Positions 21,649 to 30,905 of a stretch of 64,000 nucleotides of DNA are shown here, in pieces. The notes beneath the pieces were generated by a model that did no database searches, had not been told where the DNA came from, and saw only the letters and a list, made by a program, of their open reading frames with translations. Each line of letters opens with the position of its first letter. The first letter of the stretch is position 1. This stretch comes from Polyangiaceae bacterium (GTDB taxonomy: Bacteria; Myxococcota_A; Polyangia; Polyangiales; Polyangiaceae): positions 10,793 to 74,792 of the forward strand of contig DATJXW010000083.1 in NCBI GenBank assembly GCA_035499895.1. The letters are read 5' to 3'. Both the position numbers and the translations under genes were made by a program.

Positions 21649-22191
21649 GTGTTCCCACTCACCTTGTTGAAGCCCGGACCCGCGTTCACGGTTCGGGAAG
21701 TCTTCGATGAGCACGCCGGCTACCTTTGGCGCACCTTCCGGCATCTCGGCATGCCCGAGGCCGACGTTCCCGACCTCTGCCAGGAGGTGTTCGTCGTCGT
21801 GCACCGAAAGCTCGGCGAGTTCGAGGGGCGCTCGTCGCTCAAGACTTGGCTTTACGGCATCTGCCTCAGGGTCGCGTCCGATCACCGGCGGCGCGCGCAC
21901 GTCCGCCACGAGCGCGCGCAGGCCGACGCCGGCGAAGAGCTCGAGTCGGGCGGCAGCTTCGGACCCGACGCTCGGATCGACGCGCGAGCGCAATTGCAAG
22001 CGCTGCTCGCCGAGCTCGACGACGACAAGCGCGCCGTGCTCGTCCTCTACGAGCTCGAAGGGCTCACCATGAAAGAGGTCGCGGAGGTCGTCGGCTGTCC
22101 GCTGCAGACGGCGTACGCGCGTCTCCACGCGGCGCGCGCACGCTTGCTCGAGGCGCGTACCGCCGCGCGTGAACGAGGCAGCGAGCCATGA
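21649..22191 (+). CDS. ECF (sigma-70 family group 4) sigma factor
   Basis: Region 2 (DLCQEVFVVVHRKL..LKTWLYGICLRVASDHRRR) and region 4 (RAVLVLYELEGLTMKEVAEVVGCPLQTAYARLHAAR). Confidence 0.85.
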   Translation: MFPLTLLKPGPAFTVREVFDEHAGYLWRTFRHLGMPEADVPDLCQEVFVVVHRKLGEFEGRSSLKTWLYGICLRVASDHRRRAHVRHERAQADAGEELESGGSFGPDARIDARAQLQALLAELDDDKRAVLVLYELEGLTMKEVAEVVGCPLQTAYARLHAARARLLEARTAARERGSEP

Positions 22192-22907
22192 GCGACCCGA
22201 ATCGCTTTCGCGACGGCGGCGCCGACGTCCCCGCCGAGCTCGCACGCCTCTTCGAGACCGGCGCGAAGGACTTACCGAGCGAAGGCGATCTCCGCCGCCT
22301 CGCCGCGCGGCTCGGTCCCGTGCTCGAACCGCCGGGCGGAGGCTCGGCGTGGCCCGGCTGGCCCGTGATCGGCAAGGTCGCGGCGCTCGCCGTGGTGGTT
22401 GCCGGCTCCGCCGTCTTCTTCGCGCTGAACTTCGGCCCGCACACGCCGCGCCCGCCCGACAGGCCCGACGCGCCGGCTCCGACCGAAGCGTTCGCCCCGT
22501 CGGACTCGGCGCTTTCGGCCCTGAACGCTGCCACGGCGAGCGCCGCGGACGCCGGCGCGGTGCCGCCCGCAGCGAGCGGCGCGGTGCCGCCCGCAGCGAG
22601 CGCGCCGAGCGACGCCGGGTCGAGCCGTTCCGAGGCGACCGCGCCCCGCGCTGCGGAGACGGAAGCGGAGCTGCTCGAACGGGCTCGCGACGCTCTTTCG
22701 GCGAACCCGGCGCGCGCGCTCGCGCTCACCGAGCAAGACCGGACGCGCTTTCCAGCGGGTGTGCTCGCGCAGGAGCGCGACGTGATCGCGATTCAGGCGC
22801 TCGCACGTCTCGGTCGCAAAGACGAAGCCGCGCGCCGGGCCGCCGACTTCGCGCGGCTCTATCCGAACTCGGCGTACAGAAAGAAGCTGGATCAGAGCGC
22901 GCCATGA
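22188..22907 (+). CDS. Putative anti-sigma factor (single TM, TPR-like periplasmic C-terminus)
   Basis: ATGA overlap with the sigma gene. There is one TM (VAALAVVVAGSAVFFAL) and C-terminal TPR-like helices. Confidence 0.6.
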   Translation: MSDPNRFRDGGADVPAELARLFETGAKDLPSEGDLRRLAARLGPVLEPPGGGSAWPGWPVIGKVAALAVVVAGSAVFFALNFGPHTPRPPDRPDAPAPTEAFAPSDSALSALNAATASAADAGAVPPAASGAVPPAASAPSDAGSSRSEATAPRAAETEAELLERARDALSANPARALALTEQDRTRFPAGVLAQERDVIAIQALARLGRKDEAARRAADFARLYPNSAYRKKLDQSAP

Positions 22908-23857
22908 GCCCGCTCGCGCTTCGGGCGGCGCGCTTCGGCTCCGTGTTCGCGCTGGCCTCGGCTTTCGCCGCCGGCTGCTCGCGTGACATCGAGCTCGGCG
23001 CCGACCCGAGCGGAGCGAGCGGCGGCGCGGGCGGGAGCGGCGGCTCCGCGGGCGCGAATGCCGGACGCGCGGGGAGCGGCATCGTCGTCGTCACCGGCGG
23101 CGGGGCGGGTGAGGGCGGGGAGAGCGGCGCGTCCGGCGCGTCCGGCGCGTGCGTTCCTGCCTCGTGCCACGGCAAGATCTACGCGTGCGGCAACTGCAAG
23201 GACGACGACGGCGACGGCAAGATCGACGCCGACGACCCCGAGTGCACGGGGCCGTGCGACGATCGCGAAGACAGCTTCGACGTCGGCCTGCCGGGCGGCG
23301 GCGCCGACAAGTGCAGCGAGGATTGCTTCTTCGACAACGGCAACGGCGCCGGCAACGACGGCTGTCGCTTCAGCCATCGCTGCGATCCGCTGTCCGTCGC
23401 GCCCGATTACCCGCCGACCGGCAGCGCGAGCTGTTCCTACGACGAAGCCGCGAACATTCCCGGCGGCGGGAGTTGCGCGGAGCTTCGCGCCGCGCAAGCC
23501 GGCTCGTGCGCGGACGTGTGCGGCCCGCTCACGCCGAACGGCTGTGACTGCTTCGGTTGCTGCGAGATCCCGGCGGGGAGCGGGCGCTTCGTGGCGCTCG
23601 GCGGCGGCTCCGGCACGTGCACCTCCGAAAACCTCGACGACAGCGCCGCCTGCCCGCCGTGCACGCAGGTGCCCTCGTGCCTGAACACGTGCGATCCGTG
23701 CGAGAGTTGCGTCGGACGGCCGGAGCCGCTCGCGAGCTGCACGAGCACGGTCGACGCGTGCGACGGCGTGTTCGAGCCGTGTGATCGCGCCGGCTCCGCG
23801 CTCTGTCCGGCGGGCTCGTATTGCATCACGGGCTGCTGCGTGCCGGAACCGCGCTGA
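22904..23857 (+). CDS. Cys-rich lipoprotein with MopE-like motif (paralogue of 19455..20564)
   Basis: ATGA overlap with the upstream gene. Lipobox AAGC, Gly-rich linker, CKDDDGDGKIDADDPEC, and a colinear Cys pattern (DCFFDNGNGAGNDGCR, NGCDCFGCC). Confidence 0.7.
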   Translation: MSPLALRAARFGSVFALASAFAAGCSRDIELGADPSGASGGAGGSGGSAGANAGRAGSGIVVVTGGGAGEGGESGASGASGACVPASCHGKIYACGNCKDDDGDGKIDADDPECTGPCDDREDSFDVGLPGGGADKCSEDCFFDNGNGAGNDGCRFSHRCDPLSVAPDYPPTGSASCSYDEAANIPGGGSCAELRAAQAGSCADVCGPLTPNGCDCFGCCEIPAGSGRFVALGGGSGTCTSENLDDSAACPPCTQVPSCLNTCDPCESCVGRPEPLASCTSTVDACDGVFEPCDRAGSALCPAGSYCITGCCVPEPR

Positions 23858-23913
23858 GCGCGAACGGCTCCGTGGCGCTCGGCGTCGCTCCGCCGCGTGC
23901 TAAAGCGAGCCCC

Positions 23914-24294
23914 GTGATCCAGAGCTACGAGGGCAGCTGTCATTGCGGGCGCGTGAAGTTCGGCGTGCGCGGCGACCTCGCCGACACGGTCGTGTGCAAC
24001 TGCTCGATGTGTGAAAAGAAGGGCTTTTTGCACCTCATCGTCGAGCCCGCCGCGTTCGAGCTTCACTCCGGGCAAGACGAGCTCACGACGTACCGTTTCA
24101 ACACGGGCACCGCCAAGCACACGTTCTGCCGCCATTGCGGCGTCCATCCGTTTTACGTCCCGCGCTCGCACCCCGACCAAGTGGACGTGAACGTGCGCTG
24201 CCTCGCGGGCGTCGACCTGAGCGCGCTCAGGCCTCGACCGTTCGACGGCAAGCATTGGGAGCAGTCGATCGACGGGCTGCGGCAGCCACGTTGA
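23914..24294 (+). CDS. GFA-family (glutathione-dependent formaldehyde-activating-like) zinc protein
   Basis: CHCGRVKF, CNCSMC and FCRHCG motifs. GTG at 23914 was chosen. Confidence 0.8.
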   Translation: MIQSYEGSCHCGRVKFGVRGDLADTVVCNCSMCEKKGFLHLIVEPAAFELHSGQDELTTYRFNTGTAKHTFCRHCGVHPFYVPRSHPDQVDVNVRCLAGVDLSALRPRPFDGKHWEQSIDGLRQPR

Positions 24295-24309
24295 GGCGCC
24301 GCGCGGCCT

Positions 24310-25119
24310 TCACGGCCGCTCGATGGGGCCGACGCAGAGCGAGGCGTGCGGAACGACGCTCGGCACCGTGAAATCGACGTAGACGCCCTGATACACGAGG
24401 CGGTGGGTGCCCGCCGTCATGGGCGTCGGGGATCGACAAGTCGCGGGCGTGTAGCCGCCGCAATCCGCAGTGCAGCCGCTGCCGAGGGGAGCGCTCTCGT
24501 ACTCGCAGAACGACGCCGCGGCCGTGTACGTGCCGGAGTCCTCCGTCACGGAGCATGCGTTCCGCGGCCAAGTCGTGCAGCTCGACGAGTAGCAACCCGC
24601 CGGTCGCGCCTCGACGACGAGCACGTCGCCGACGTTCAGCTCGTCATCGACCGGGCCCTGCCGTCCGACGATGCAGATGCTGTCGACGGGCGCTTCCGTG
24701 CACGCCACGTCGAGCTCGCCCCCGGCGCCGCCGAAATCGTTCGCGTTCGAGGTCCCGCCCGTCGCCGAGCTCACGCCGCCCGTCGCCGAGCTCACACCGC
24801 CCGAACCTCCGCCGGTGCCTCCGCCACCGCTCGTTCCGGTGCTCGGCGTGCCACCGCTCGCCCCGGTGCCCGTCGTGCCACCGGCGTCGGGAGTCTCCCC
24901 CGGTGGACCCAGATCGGGCCCGCAGTAAATGGCGGTGCACTCGAAGCCATCGGTGGTGCACGTGCACGTATTGCAGCCGTCGTTGTAGCTCTGCCCGACC
25001 GCCAAGTGCTTCCCCTCCGTGAGGCATCCGCCGGCGTCGTACTCGGTGCTCCTCCCGCCGCAGGCGACGAACACGAGCGAGCACGCGAACGCCACCGAAC
25101 CCAACGCACGCCACACCAT
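24310..25119 (-). CDS. Cys-rich lipoprotein with N-terminal pacifastin-like six-Cys module
   Basis: Lipobox VFVAC. The module CLTEGKHLAVGQSYNDGCNTCTCTTDGFECTAIYC is followed by a Gly/Ser/Thr linker and a second Cys-rich domain. Confidence 0.65.
   Translation of the reverse strand: MVWRALGSVAFACSLVFVACGGRSTEYDAGGCLTEGKHLAVGQSYNDGCNTCTCTTDGFECTAIYCGPDLGPPGETPDAGGTTGTGASGGTPSTGTSGGGGTGGGSGGVSSATGGVSSATGGTSNANDFGGAGGELDVACTEAPVDSICIVGRQGPVDDELNVGDVLVVEARPAGCYSSSCTTWPRNACSVTEDSGTYTAAASFCEYESAPLGSGCTADCGGYTPATCRSPTPMTAGTHRLVYQGVYVDFTVPSVVPHASLCVGPIERP
24757..24798. repeat. 21-bp tandem duplication inside the linker of 24310..25119
   Basis: GCCCGTCGCCGAGCTCAC[G/A]CC occurs twice and encodes GGVSSAT twice on the minus strand. 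Confidence 0.85.
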
Positions 25120-25180
25120 GGCGGGAACCTTGGCTCCGAACGCGCATCCCGGCAAGGACGTGGCAATATCGAGAACGCGC

Positions 25181-26149
25181 ATGGCATCACGGGATCCGTC
25201 GGCCCTCGGCTATCGCCGCATCGTGAGCTTGCTCGTCGCGCTCGTGGTCGTGCCGACGTCGCTCTTGCTCGCGCTCGGCGTGGTGTTGCTTTTCATGGGC
25301 GAGGCCGCCGTCAACATCCTCATGGGGATTCTCGTGCTCGCGCTCTCGGGGGCGGCGGTCACGGGCGTCGTGCTCGTGTGGGTCTTCGTGCGGCGCGAAG
25401 CGAACCTTTCGGCGCTCCAGAGCGACTTCGTCTCGAAGGTCTCGCACGAGCTCCGCACCCCGCTCACCTCCATCCGCCTCTTCGCCGAGACGCTCGCGCT
25501 CCGCCGCGGCGACGAAGCGGCGGCTCAAAAATGCATCGAAGGTTTGTCGAAGGAGAGCACGCGCCTGCAGGAGCTCATCGACCGCCTGCTCGATTGGGGC
25601 CGCATGGAGAGCGGCGGTCGCGAGTTCGTCCTGAAAGACACCGATCTGCGCTCCATCATCGTCACGGCGCTCGAGGCGTTCGATCCGGTGCGTGAACGCC
25701 GGCACGTCGAGCTCGTCTCGCAGCTCCCGCCGGAGTCGCTGCTCGTGCGCGCCGATCGCGGCGCCATGAGCGACGCGCTCCTGAACCTGCTCACGAACGC
25801 GTACAAGTACGGCGGCGATCCGCCGCGCATCGAGGTCGCGTACGTGCAGGGCGCGCGCGACGTGACCGTCACCGTGAAGGACAACGGCCAGGGCATCCCC
25901 CAAGCCGAGCACACGCGCATCTTCCAGAAGTTCTATCGCCTCGACGACCGCCTCTCGCGCGAGCGCGAGGGCTCCGGGCTCGGGCTCGCCATCGTGAAAC
26001 ACGTGATGAAGGCGCACCGCGGCCGGGTCGAGCTCGTGAGCGAAGCCGGCAAAGGCAGCACTTTTTCGCTGGTTTTGCCGTCGGCGCCGCTCGCCGGGTC
26101 CGAACGCCCCAGCGCGCGGGAGAGCATCGCGCCGTCGACGTTGGCATGA
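25181..26149 (+). CDS. Sensor histidine kinase
   Basis: Two N-terminal TM helices, H-box FVSKVSHELRTPLTSI, and N/G boxes (LLNLLTNAYKY, GSGLGLAIVK). Confidence 0.85.
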   Translation: MASRDPSALGYRRIVSLLVALVVVPTSLLLALGVVLLFMGEAAVNILMGILVLALSGAAVTGVVLVWVFVRREANLSALQSDFVSKVSHELRTPLTSIRLFAETLALRRGDEAAAQKCIEGLSKESTRLQELIDRLLDWGRMESGGREFVLKDTDLRSIIVTALEAFDPVRERRHVELVSQLPPESLLVRADRGAMSDALLNLLTNAYKYGGDPPRIEVAYVQGARDVTVTVKDNGQGIPQAEHTRIFQKFYRLDDRLSREREGSGLGLAIVKHVMKAHRGRVELVSEAGKGSTFSLVLPSAPLAGSERPSARESIAPSTLA

Positions 26150-26186
26150 GCCTCGCTAAACTCGAGTCGAGCCGAAGGCCTACGCG

Positions 26187-26882
26187 ATGTCCGAGCCGAG
26201 ACCCAAGATCCTGATCGTCGAGGACGACGAGAGCATCACGCTCGGCCTGCAGATGAACCTCGAGGCCGAAGGCTACCGCGTCACCGTGGCGAACGACGGC
26301 GAGGACGGCCTGACGCACGCGCTCGGCGGCGGCTTCGATCTGATCGTGCTCGACGTGATGCTCCCGCGCATGAACGGCTTCGAGATGGTGCGCGCCCTCC
26401 GCGCCAAGGGCCAATACGTGCCGGTCATCATGCTGAGCGCGCGCGGCGAAGAGATGGACAAGGTCATGGGCCTCGAGCTCGGCGCCGAGGACTACATCAC
26501 CAAGCCCTTCGGACTCGCCGAGCTCCTCGCGCGCGTCAAAGCCGTGCTCCGGCGCGACGGTATCGTCAAACGCCGCGGCGAGCAGCCGCTCCGCGCCGCC
26601 GATCTCGAGGTCAATCCCCGTTCGCGCGAGGTGCGGCGCGACGGCGCGCTCGTCGATCTCACCGCCACCGAATTCGACGTGCTCTGGTGCCTGATCGAGG
26701 CGAACGATCGCGCCCTCACGCGCGAGGAGCTGCTCGAGCGCGTGTGGGGGCCCGGCCATCACGTCACCCTGCGCACCATCGACAACTTCGTGCTGCAGCT
26801 CCGCTCGAAGCTCGAGAAGGATCCGGCCGAGCCTCGCCACCTCGTGACGGTGCGCGGCGTCGGTTATCGCTTCAAGCCGTAG
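26187..26882 (+). CDS. OmpR/PhoB-family response regulator
   Basis: Receiver domain (ILIVEDDE, DLIVLDVMLP, SARG) plus winged helix (LTATEFDVLWCL, TVRGVGYRF). Confidence 0.9.
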   Translation: MSEPRPKILIVEDDESITLGLQMNLEAEGYRVTVANDGEDGLTHALGGGFDLIVLDVMLPRMNGFEMVRALRAKGQYVPVIMLSARGEEMDKVMGLELGAEDYITKPFGLAELLARVKAVLRRDGIVKRRGEQPLRAADLEVNPRSREVRRDGALVDLTATEFDVLWCLIEANDRALTREELLERVWGPGHHVTLRTIDNFVLQLRSKLEKDPAEPRHLVTVRGVGYRFKP

Positions 26883-26954
26883 TCCGCGCCGCTCGCCGCG
26901 CCCGCGCCGGTCCGGAGCAGCGGCGCCGCGTTCCATGCTAATGGACGGACCCCC

Positions 26955-27419
26955 GTGGACCAGAATCTGCTCCGTTCCTACTTCGGCACCATCTACGAGC
27001 TCCCGCTCGAGACGGGCGTCGTCCGCGTCTCCATCGACGGCGAGGTCGTGAAGGACACCGCGCAGTTGCCGCCCATCCTGCGGCAGGATTTCGCGCTCGT
27101 CACCGCGTACAATCCGCGCAGCATGCCGCTCCCGCGCCGCGTGAACGAAGCGCGGCAGCAGGTGCTCCGCGATCTGCTGGTCCTCGGCTGTTACCGCGTC
27201 GAACAATGCGTCGGCTACGACGAAGAGCCCGAGGGCCCGTGGCGCGAGCCGGCGTGGCTCGCCATCGGCATCCCGCGCGACGAAGCCATCGGCTTCGGGC
27301 GCACCTTCCGCCAAAACAGCATCGTCTATTGCCGGAACGCGCGCCCCGAGCTCATCGTCACCGACACGACCCTCGACGAAATCGGCCGCACCTTCCAGGG
27401 TAACTGGCGCATTCGCTGA
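26955..27419 (+). CDS. DUF3293-like hypothetical protein
   Basis: GTG start. Coding-like, with FALVTAYNP..N..A...L core as I recall it for DUF3293. Family assignment is from memory only. Confidence 0.5.
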   Translation: MDQNLLRSYFGTIYELPLETGVVRVSIDGEVVKDTAQLPPILRQDFALVTAYNPRSMPLPRRVNEARQQVLRDLLVLGCYRVEQCVGYDEEPEGPWREPAWLAIGIPRDEAIGFGRTFRQNSIVYCRNARPELIVTDTTLDEIGRTFQGNWRIR

Positions 27420-27429
27420 GCGTAGCGGG

Positions 27430-27539
27430 CGAAGCTGCCCACCCCGCGCCATGCTCGGCGGCTCCGCCGCCTGCGCGTGCCGCCGCCGCCTCCCCGATGT
27501 CGTGCTCGCCTGCGGCTGCGCGCGCCATGGGAGGGGCCG
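27430..27539. repeat. About 110-bp GC-rich intergenic repeat, copy 2
   Basis: See 11674..11784. It sits in the same position relative to the genes: about 11-13 nt after a + strand stop and immediately 5' of the next + strand gene. Confidence 0.85.
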
Positions 27540-28183
27540 TGGTATTCTCGCGTTGCGTGCTTCGCCGGCTGCTCCCGCTCGTCCCGCTGCCGTTCGTCTT
27601 CGCGTTCGGCGCGTGGGCGTCCGCGCGTGTCGCGGACCGTGCCGGCGCGGACGCCGCCGTCGCGCTCTCGGCCTTCGCCGTGCTCGCGCGCGCTCACGAG
27701 CTCCCGCCGCCCGACGCCGAACCCGAGTTCATTCCGACGGACTTCCAAGTGCTCGCCGAGCCGGCCGAGCCGCCCGCCAAGAACCACAAGGCCGCGAAGA
27801 AGGCGCGCGCGGCCGCGGCGCCCGTCGTGTTCGTCTCGCAGAAGGCGGTGCTCGGCCTCGCGAACTCGGGGGCACGCCCGCACGGCGCGTTCGTGCCGGC
27901 GAACGCGGTGCGTCCGGCCGGGCTGCGGCTCACCGGCGTCAGTGCGCTCGGCATCGGCTTGCTCGACGGAGACGTGCTCACGCGCGCCGTCGGTCAGCCC
28001 GCGACCGCGACGAGCGCGGTGATCCAGGCCGTGCTCGCGGCGCGCGCGCACCACGCCGCCGTGCTCGAAGGCGAACTCTGGCGTGGCGCTCAGCGCTTCG
28101 TCATTCGCGTCGAGCAGCCGTACGTCGACGAACGGCACGCGGACGCCGACGGCGACTCCGGTGCGGTCACCGCCGCGCGCTAG
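27497..28183 (+). CDS. Hypothetical secreted protein (start uncertain)
   Basis: The hydrophobic N-terminus LLPLVPLPFVFAFGAWASA looks like a signal peptide. The annotated ATG lies inside the 110-bp repeat, so the true start may be the GTG near 27539. Confidence 0.45.
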   Translation: MSCSPAAARAMGGAVVFSRCVLRRLLPLVPLPFVFAFGAWASARVADRAGADAAVALSAFAVLARAHELPPPDAEPEFIPTDFQVLAEPAEPPAKNHKAAKKARAAAAPVVFVSQKAVLGLANSGARPHGAFVPANAVRPAGLRLTGVSALGIGLLDGDVLTRAVGQPATATSAVIQAVLAARAHHAAVLEGELWRGAQRFVIRVEQPYVDERHADADGDSGAVTAAR

Positions 28184-28198
28184 TCCCTTCGAGCGCTC

Positions 28199-28972
28199 AT
28201 GACGCGCCCGCGCGCCTGGCCGAGCCCTTCGAGCGTCGCGTTCGCGGCGGTCGTCGTGTCCGTCGCGTGCGAACCGCCTCGTCCGCCGGCGAGCGCACCG
28301 AGTCGCGTTTCGCCGCCGACCCGAGCCGCTTCGTCGCCGATCGGCGCCGTTCCGTCGGCGTCGAGCTCTCCTGCCGGAGCTTCGTCTTCCGGCGACCGAG
28401 CCCTTGCGCCGCCTTCAGCCGCCTCGGCGAGCACCGCCGATGACGAGCGGCAAGCGGCCGTTCAAGTCGCGGCCGCATGGCTCGAAGCGCTCGCGGACGG
28501 GCAGCCTCCGGAGCCCGCCCTCGACGCGAGCGCGCCCGAGCTCGAGGTCGTGGTGTGGGGTCCGACGAGCGCCCAGCCCGGGTGCGGCGACGTCGATAGC
28601 GCGCGAGATCAGCGCTCGCTCCGTGCGGTGAATCTCGGCGTTCCGAAGCTCGTCGCCTGCCTCAAGGACGACGGTCTGCTCTCGGGGAACATCCCCGAAT
28701 ATGCGGCGGGCGCTTGGAGCGAACAGCCGCCGCCCGCGGACCGCGTCGGGCGGCGCGGCTACATCACGGCGTTTTCCCTCGCCGCGCTGCCGCATCCGTT
28801 GGAGCGCCAGCGAGGAGCCCTGTCCGAGGAGGTGCGGCAGGGCTCGCTCGTCTTCGAGTTTTTCGCGACGGACGGCGGCGGTGGCACGACTCACGGCGCG
28901 CTCGTCCTGCGCAAGGTCGCGGGTGCGCTCGAGGTCGCCCGCGTTTTCATCGCGGACGACTTCAAAGACTGA
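28199..28972 (+). CDS. Hypothetical lipoprotein
   Basis: Signal/lipobox VVVSVAC, a Pro/Ser-rich linker and a coding-like globular C-terminus. Confidence 0.5.
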   Translation: MTRPRAWPSPSSVAFAAVVVSVACEPPRPPASAPSRVSPPTRAASSPIGAVPSASSSPAGASSSGDRALAPPSAASASTADDERQAAVQVAAAWLEALADGQPPEPALDASAPELEVVVWGPTSAQPGCGDVDSARDQRSLRAVNLGVPKLVACLKDDGLLSGNIPEYAAGAWSEQPPPADRVGRRGYITAFSLAALPHPLERQRGALSEEVRQGSLVFEFFATDGGGGTTHGALVLRKVAGALEVARVFIADDFKD

Positions 28973-28975
28973 CGC

Positions 28976-29890
28976 TCAGAGCCCGCTGAACCCCGAGCGG
29001 TAAAGTCCCGCTTGGAGGTCGCTCTCGAGCGCGACCGGGTCGTGCGCCGTGACGACGTGAACGTCTTTGGGCAACGCCGCGAGCGCGCGGAGCTGGGCCG
29101 CGACCGCGCCGCGATCCTCGCCCATGATGACGGTCGCGAGCGCGGGGCGGCCGCGAACGAGCCTGATGTTGTCCTTCGTCCACGCGATGTCGCCGACGAA
29201 CAGGTAGCGCGCGCCGCTCGCGAGCTCGACGTAAACGAGCTGGCTCCCGCGCGAGTGACCGGGCGCCTTCTGCAGCACGACGCCCGGCGTGACCGTGTAA
29301 AGTCCTTCGTAATCGAGCGGCTGCAGCCGTTCGAGGCTCCCGGCGGGGTAGTCTTTGTGCTCGAGCTGCGGGCTTTCGAGCTGCTCGCGCGTCATGTGCG
29401 TCTGCTTCACGAGCGCGTTGAAGTCGGGCGCGCCCGCGAGGCCGCCCGCGTGATCGAGGTGCTCGTGCGTGAAGACGATGTCCTGTGCCGAGGCCATCGC
29501 CTTCTCGACCCGGTCGAAGGCGGCGCGGTCGAACTTGCCGCCCGGCATCGAACCCGCGGCCGCGGGCGTCATCGCCGTATCGATGATCAGTGAGTGATCG
29601 GGCCACACCACGCGGTGCGAGAGCAGCACCATCTTGTGCAGGCCGAAGCCGTCGCCCGCGACGACGAGCGTGCGCGGGAACCCGAACTCACCGACCTTCT
29701 CCACCTCGATGTGGTCCGGCAGCGCGCCCGGCTTCGCGCTCGCCGCGCGGTGCAGCGCGGTGAGATCGATCACGTAGTCCGAGCTCGGCGCCGCGGCGGT
29801 GTCGAGCAAGAAGTGCTTCGCCGCGAGGAGCACGACGGCGAGCCCGCCGACGACCCAGAGCACGATGCGTTGCCAGCGTTTGAGCTTCAT
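28976..29890 (-). CDS. MBL-fold metallo-hydrolase with N-terminal TM anchor
   Basis: HxHxDH motif (FTHEHLDHAGG). The ATG at 29890 gives the TM helix IVLWVVGGLAVVLLA. Confidence 0.8.
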   Translation of the reverse strand: MKLKRWQRIVLWVVGGLAVVLLAAKHFLLDTAAAPSSDYVIDLTALHRAASAKPGALPDHIEVEKVGEFGFPRTLVVAGDGFGLHKMVLLSHRVVWPDHSLIIDTAMTPAAAGSMPGGKFDRAAFDRVEKAMASAQDIVFTHEHLDHAGGLAGAPDFNALVKQTHMTREQLESPQLEHKDYPAGSLERLQPLDYEGLYTVTPGVVLQKAPGHSRGSQLVYVELASGARYLFVGDIAWTKDNIRLVRGRPALATVIMGEDRGAVAAQLRALAALPKDVHVVTAHDPVALESDLQAGLYRSGFSGL

Positions 29891-30905
29891 GGCAGACGCC
29901 TTAGCACCTCCAAATGCGCTCCGGAATTCTGCTGGCACCAGCCCTCGCCCTAGGTTACGCCCCAAAAATGCGCGCTTATTGGCTCGGGCGTCGGCGCCGC
30001 TTCTGGTTCCTTCTTATTTGCATTGCCTTGGTGGTGCCTGAGGCGGCGAGCTGTGGCTCGAGCAGTTCTCCGGCGTAGCACTCGCCCGCCGCGAACACCC
30101 CTTCGAGCGGCGGATCAGGACCGGCCGCGAGCGTGGAACCTGCCACGTTGGCCCCGCCGCAGGCGGCGCGGGCGGGGAAGCCTTGTCGAACGATGCTGGC
30201 GCAAGCGGCTCCACGGCGGGCGTTGACACGGATGCGCGCGGCGGCCAAGCCGGCGGCTCAGGCTCGAGCTCGAAATGAAGCGGGCGCCGCGGGAATGGGA
30301 GCCAGCGTGACGATCTGCGTCGCCCCCGTTCACTTCGAGCATCGGCATGCGGGGAAGTCTTCGTTTCCCTTGCTCGATGACACGACAACGCTCCTCGACC
30401 ACAATGTGTGGGCGTTCCAGAGTTTATGGAACGACAATACTCCCAGCGACCGCATGATGAGTCACCGGACGTACCGCTCGGTCTCGAAACGACGGACGAT
30501 TTATTACAAAGCCCCAGCAAGGGGTTCGCTCCTTATCCGATGGATCGGCGGACCGATCCAACAGAGGCGCTCGACACGTTCCCGGTGAGTGGCACCCCCG
30601 ATTCCGCCGAGATCGCGGGCGACGCCTGCGAAAACGGCGCATCCGGCCCGATCAGCCCCGCGATCTGCTGTAGCGGTTCATTTCGCTGTGACCCGCACCT
30701 CGTGTGCGATTGAGTCGCACGACTCGGTTTGTCACCTCGCGCTTACAGTAGGCAGGAGGATGGTCCGATGCGCGAGGAACCGTTCCCTCCCGCTGCCAAA
30801 ATTGACCACAGGTTACTACCGGTGCAGTAGCCGTGCGCGGCTCGGCACCTTGGGAAGCCGAACGATACATCATGACCATGAGTCTTCCAACGTTTCGGTG
30901 GCGGC

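Noticed and set aside
30408-30713. RiPP precursor interpretation of the small ORF ending in ICCSGSFRCDPHLVCD
   Set aside because: No modifying enzyme, transporter or protease gene is adjacent. The ORF may be a chance frame in a decaying region. It is mentioned only as a low-priority possibility in the findings.
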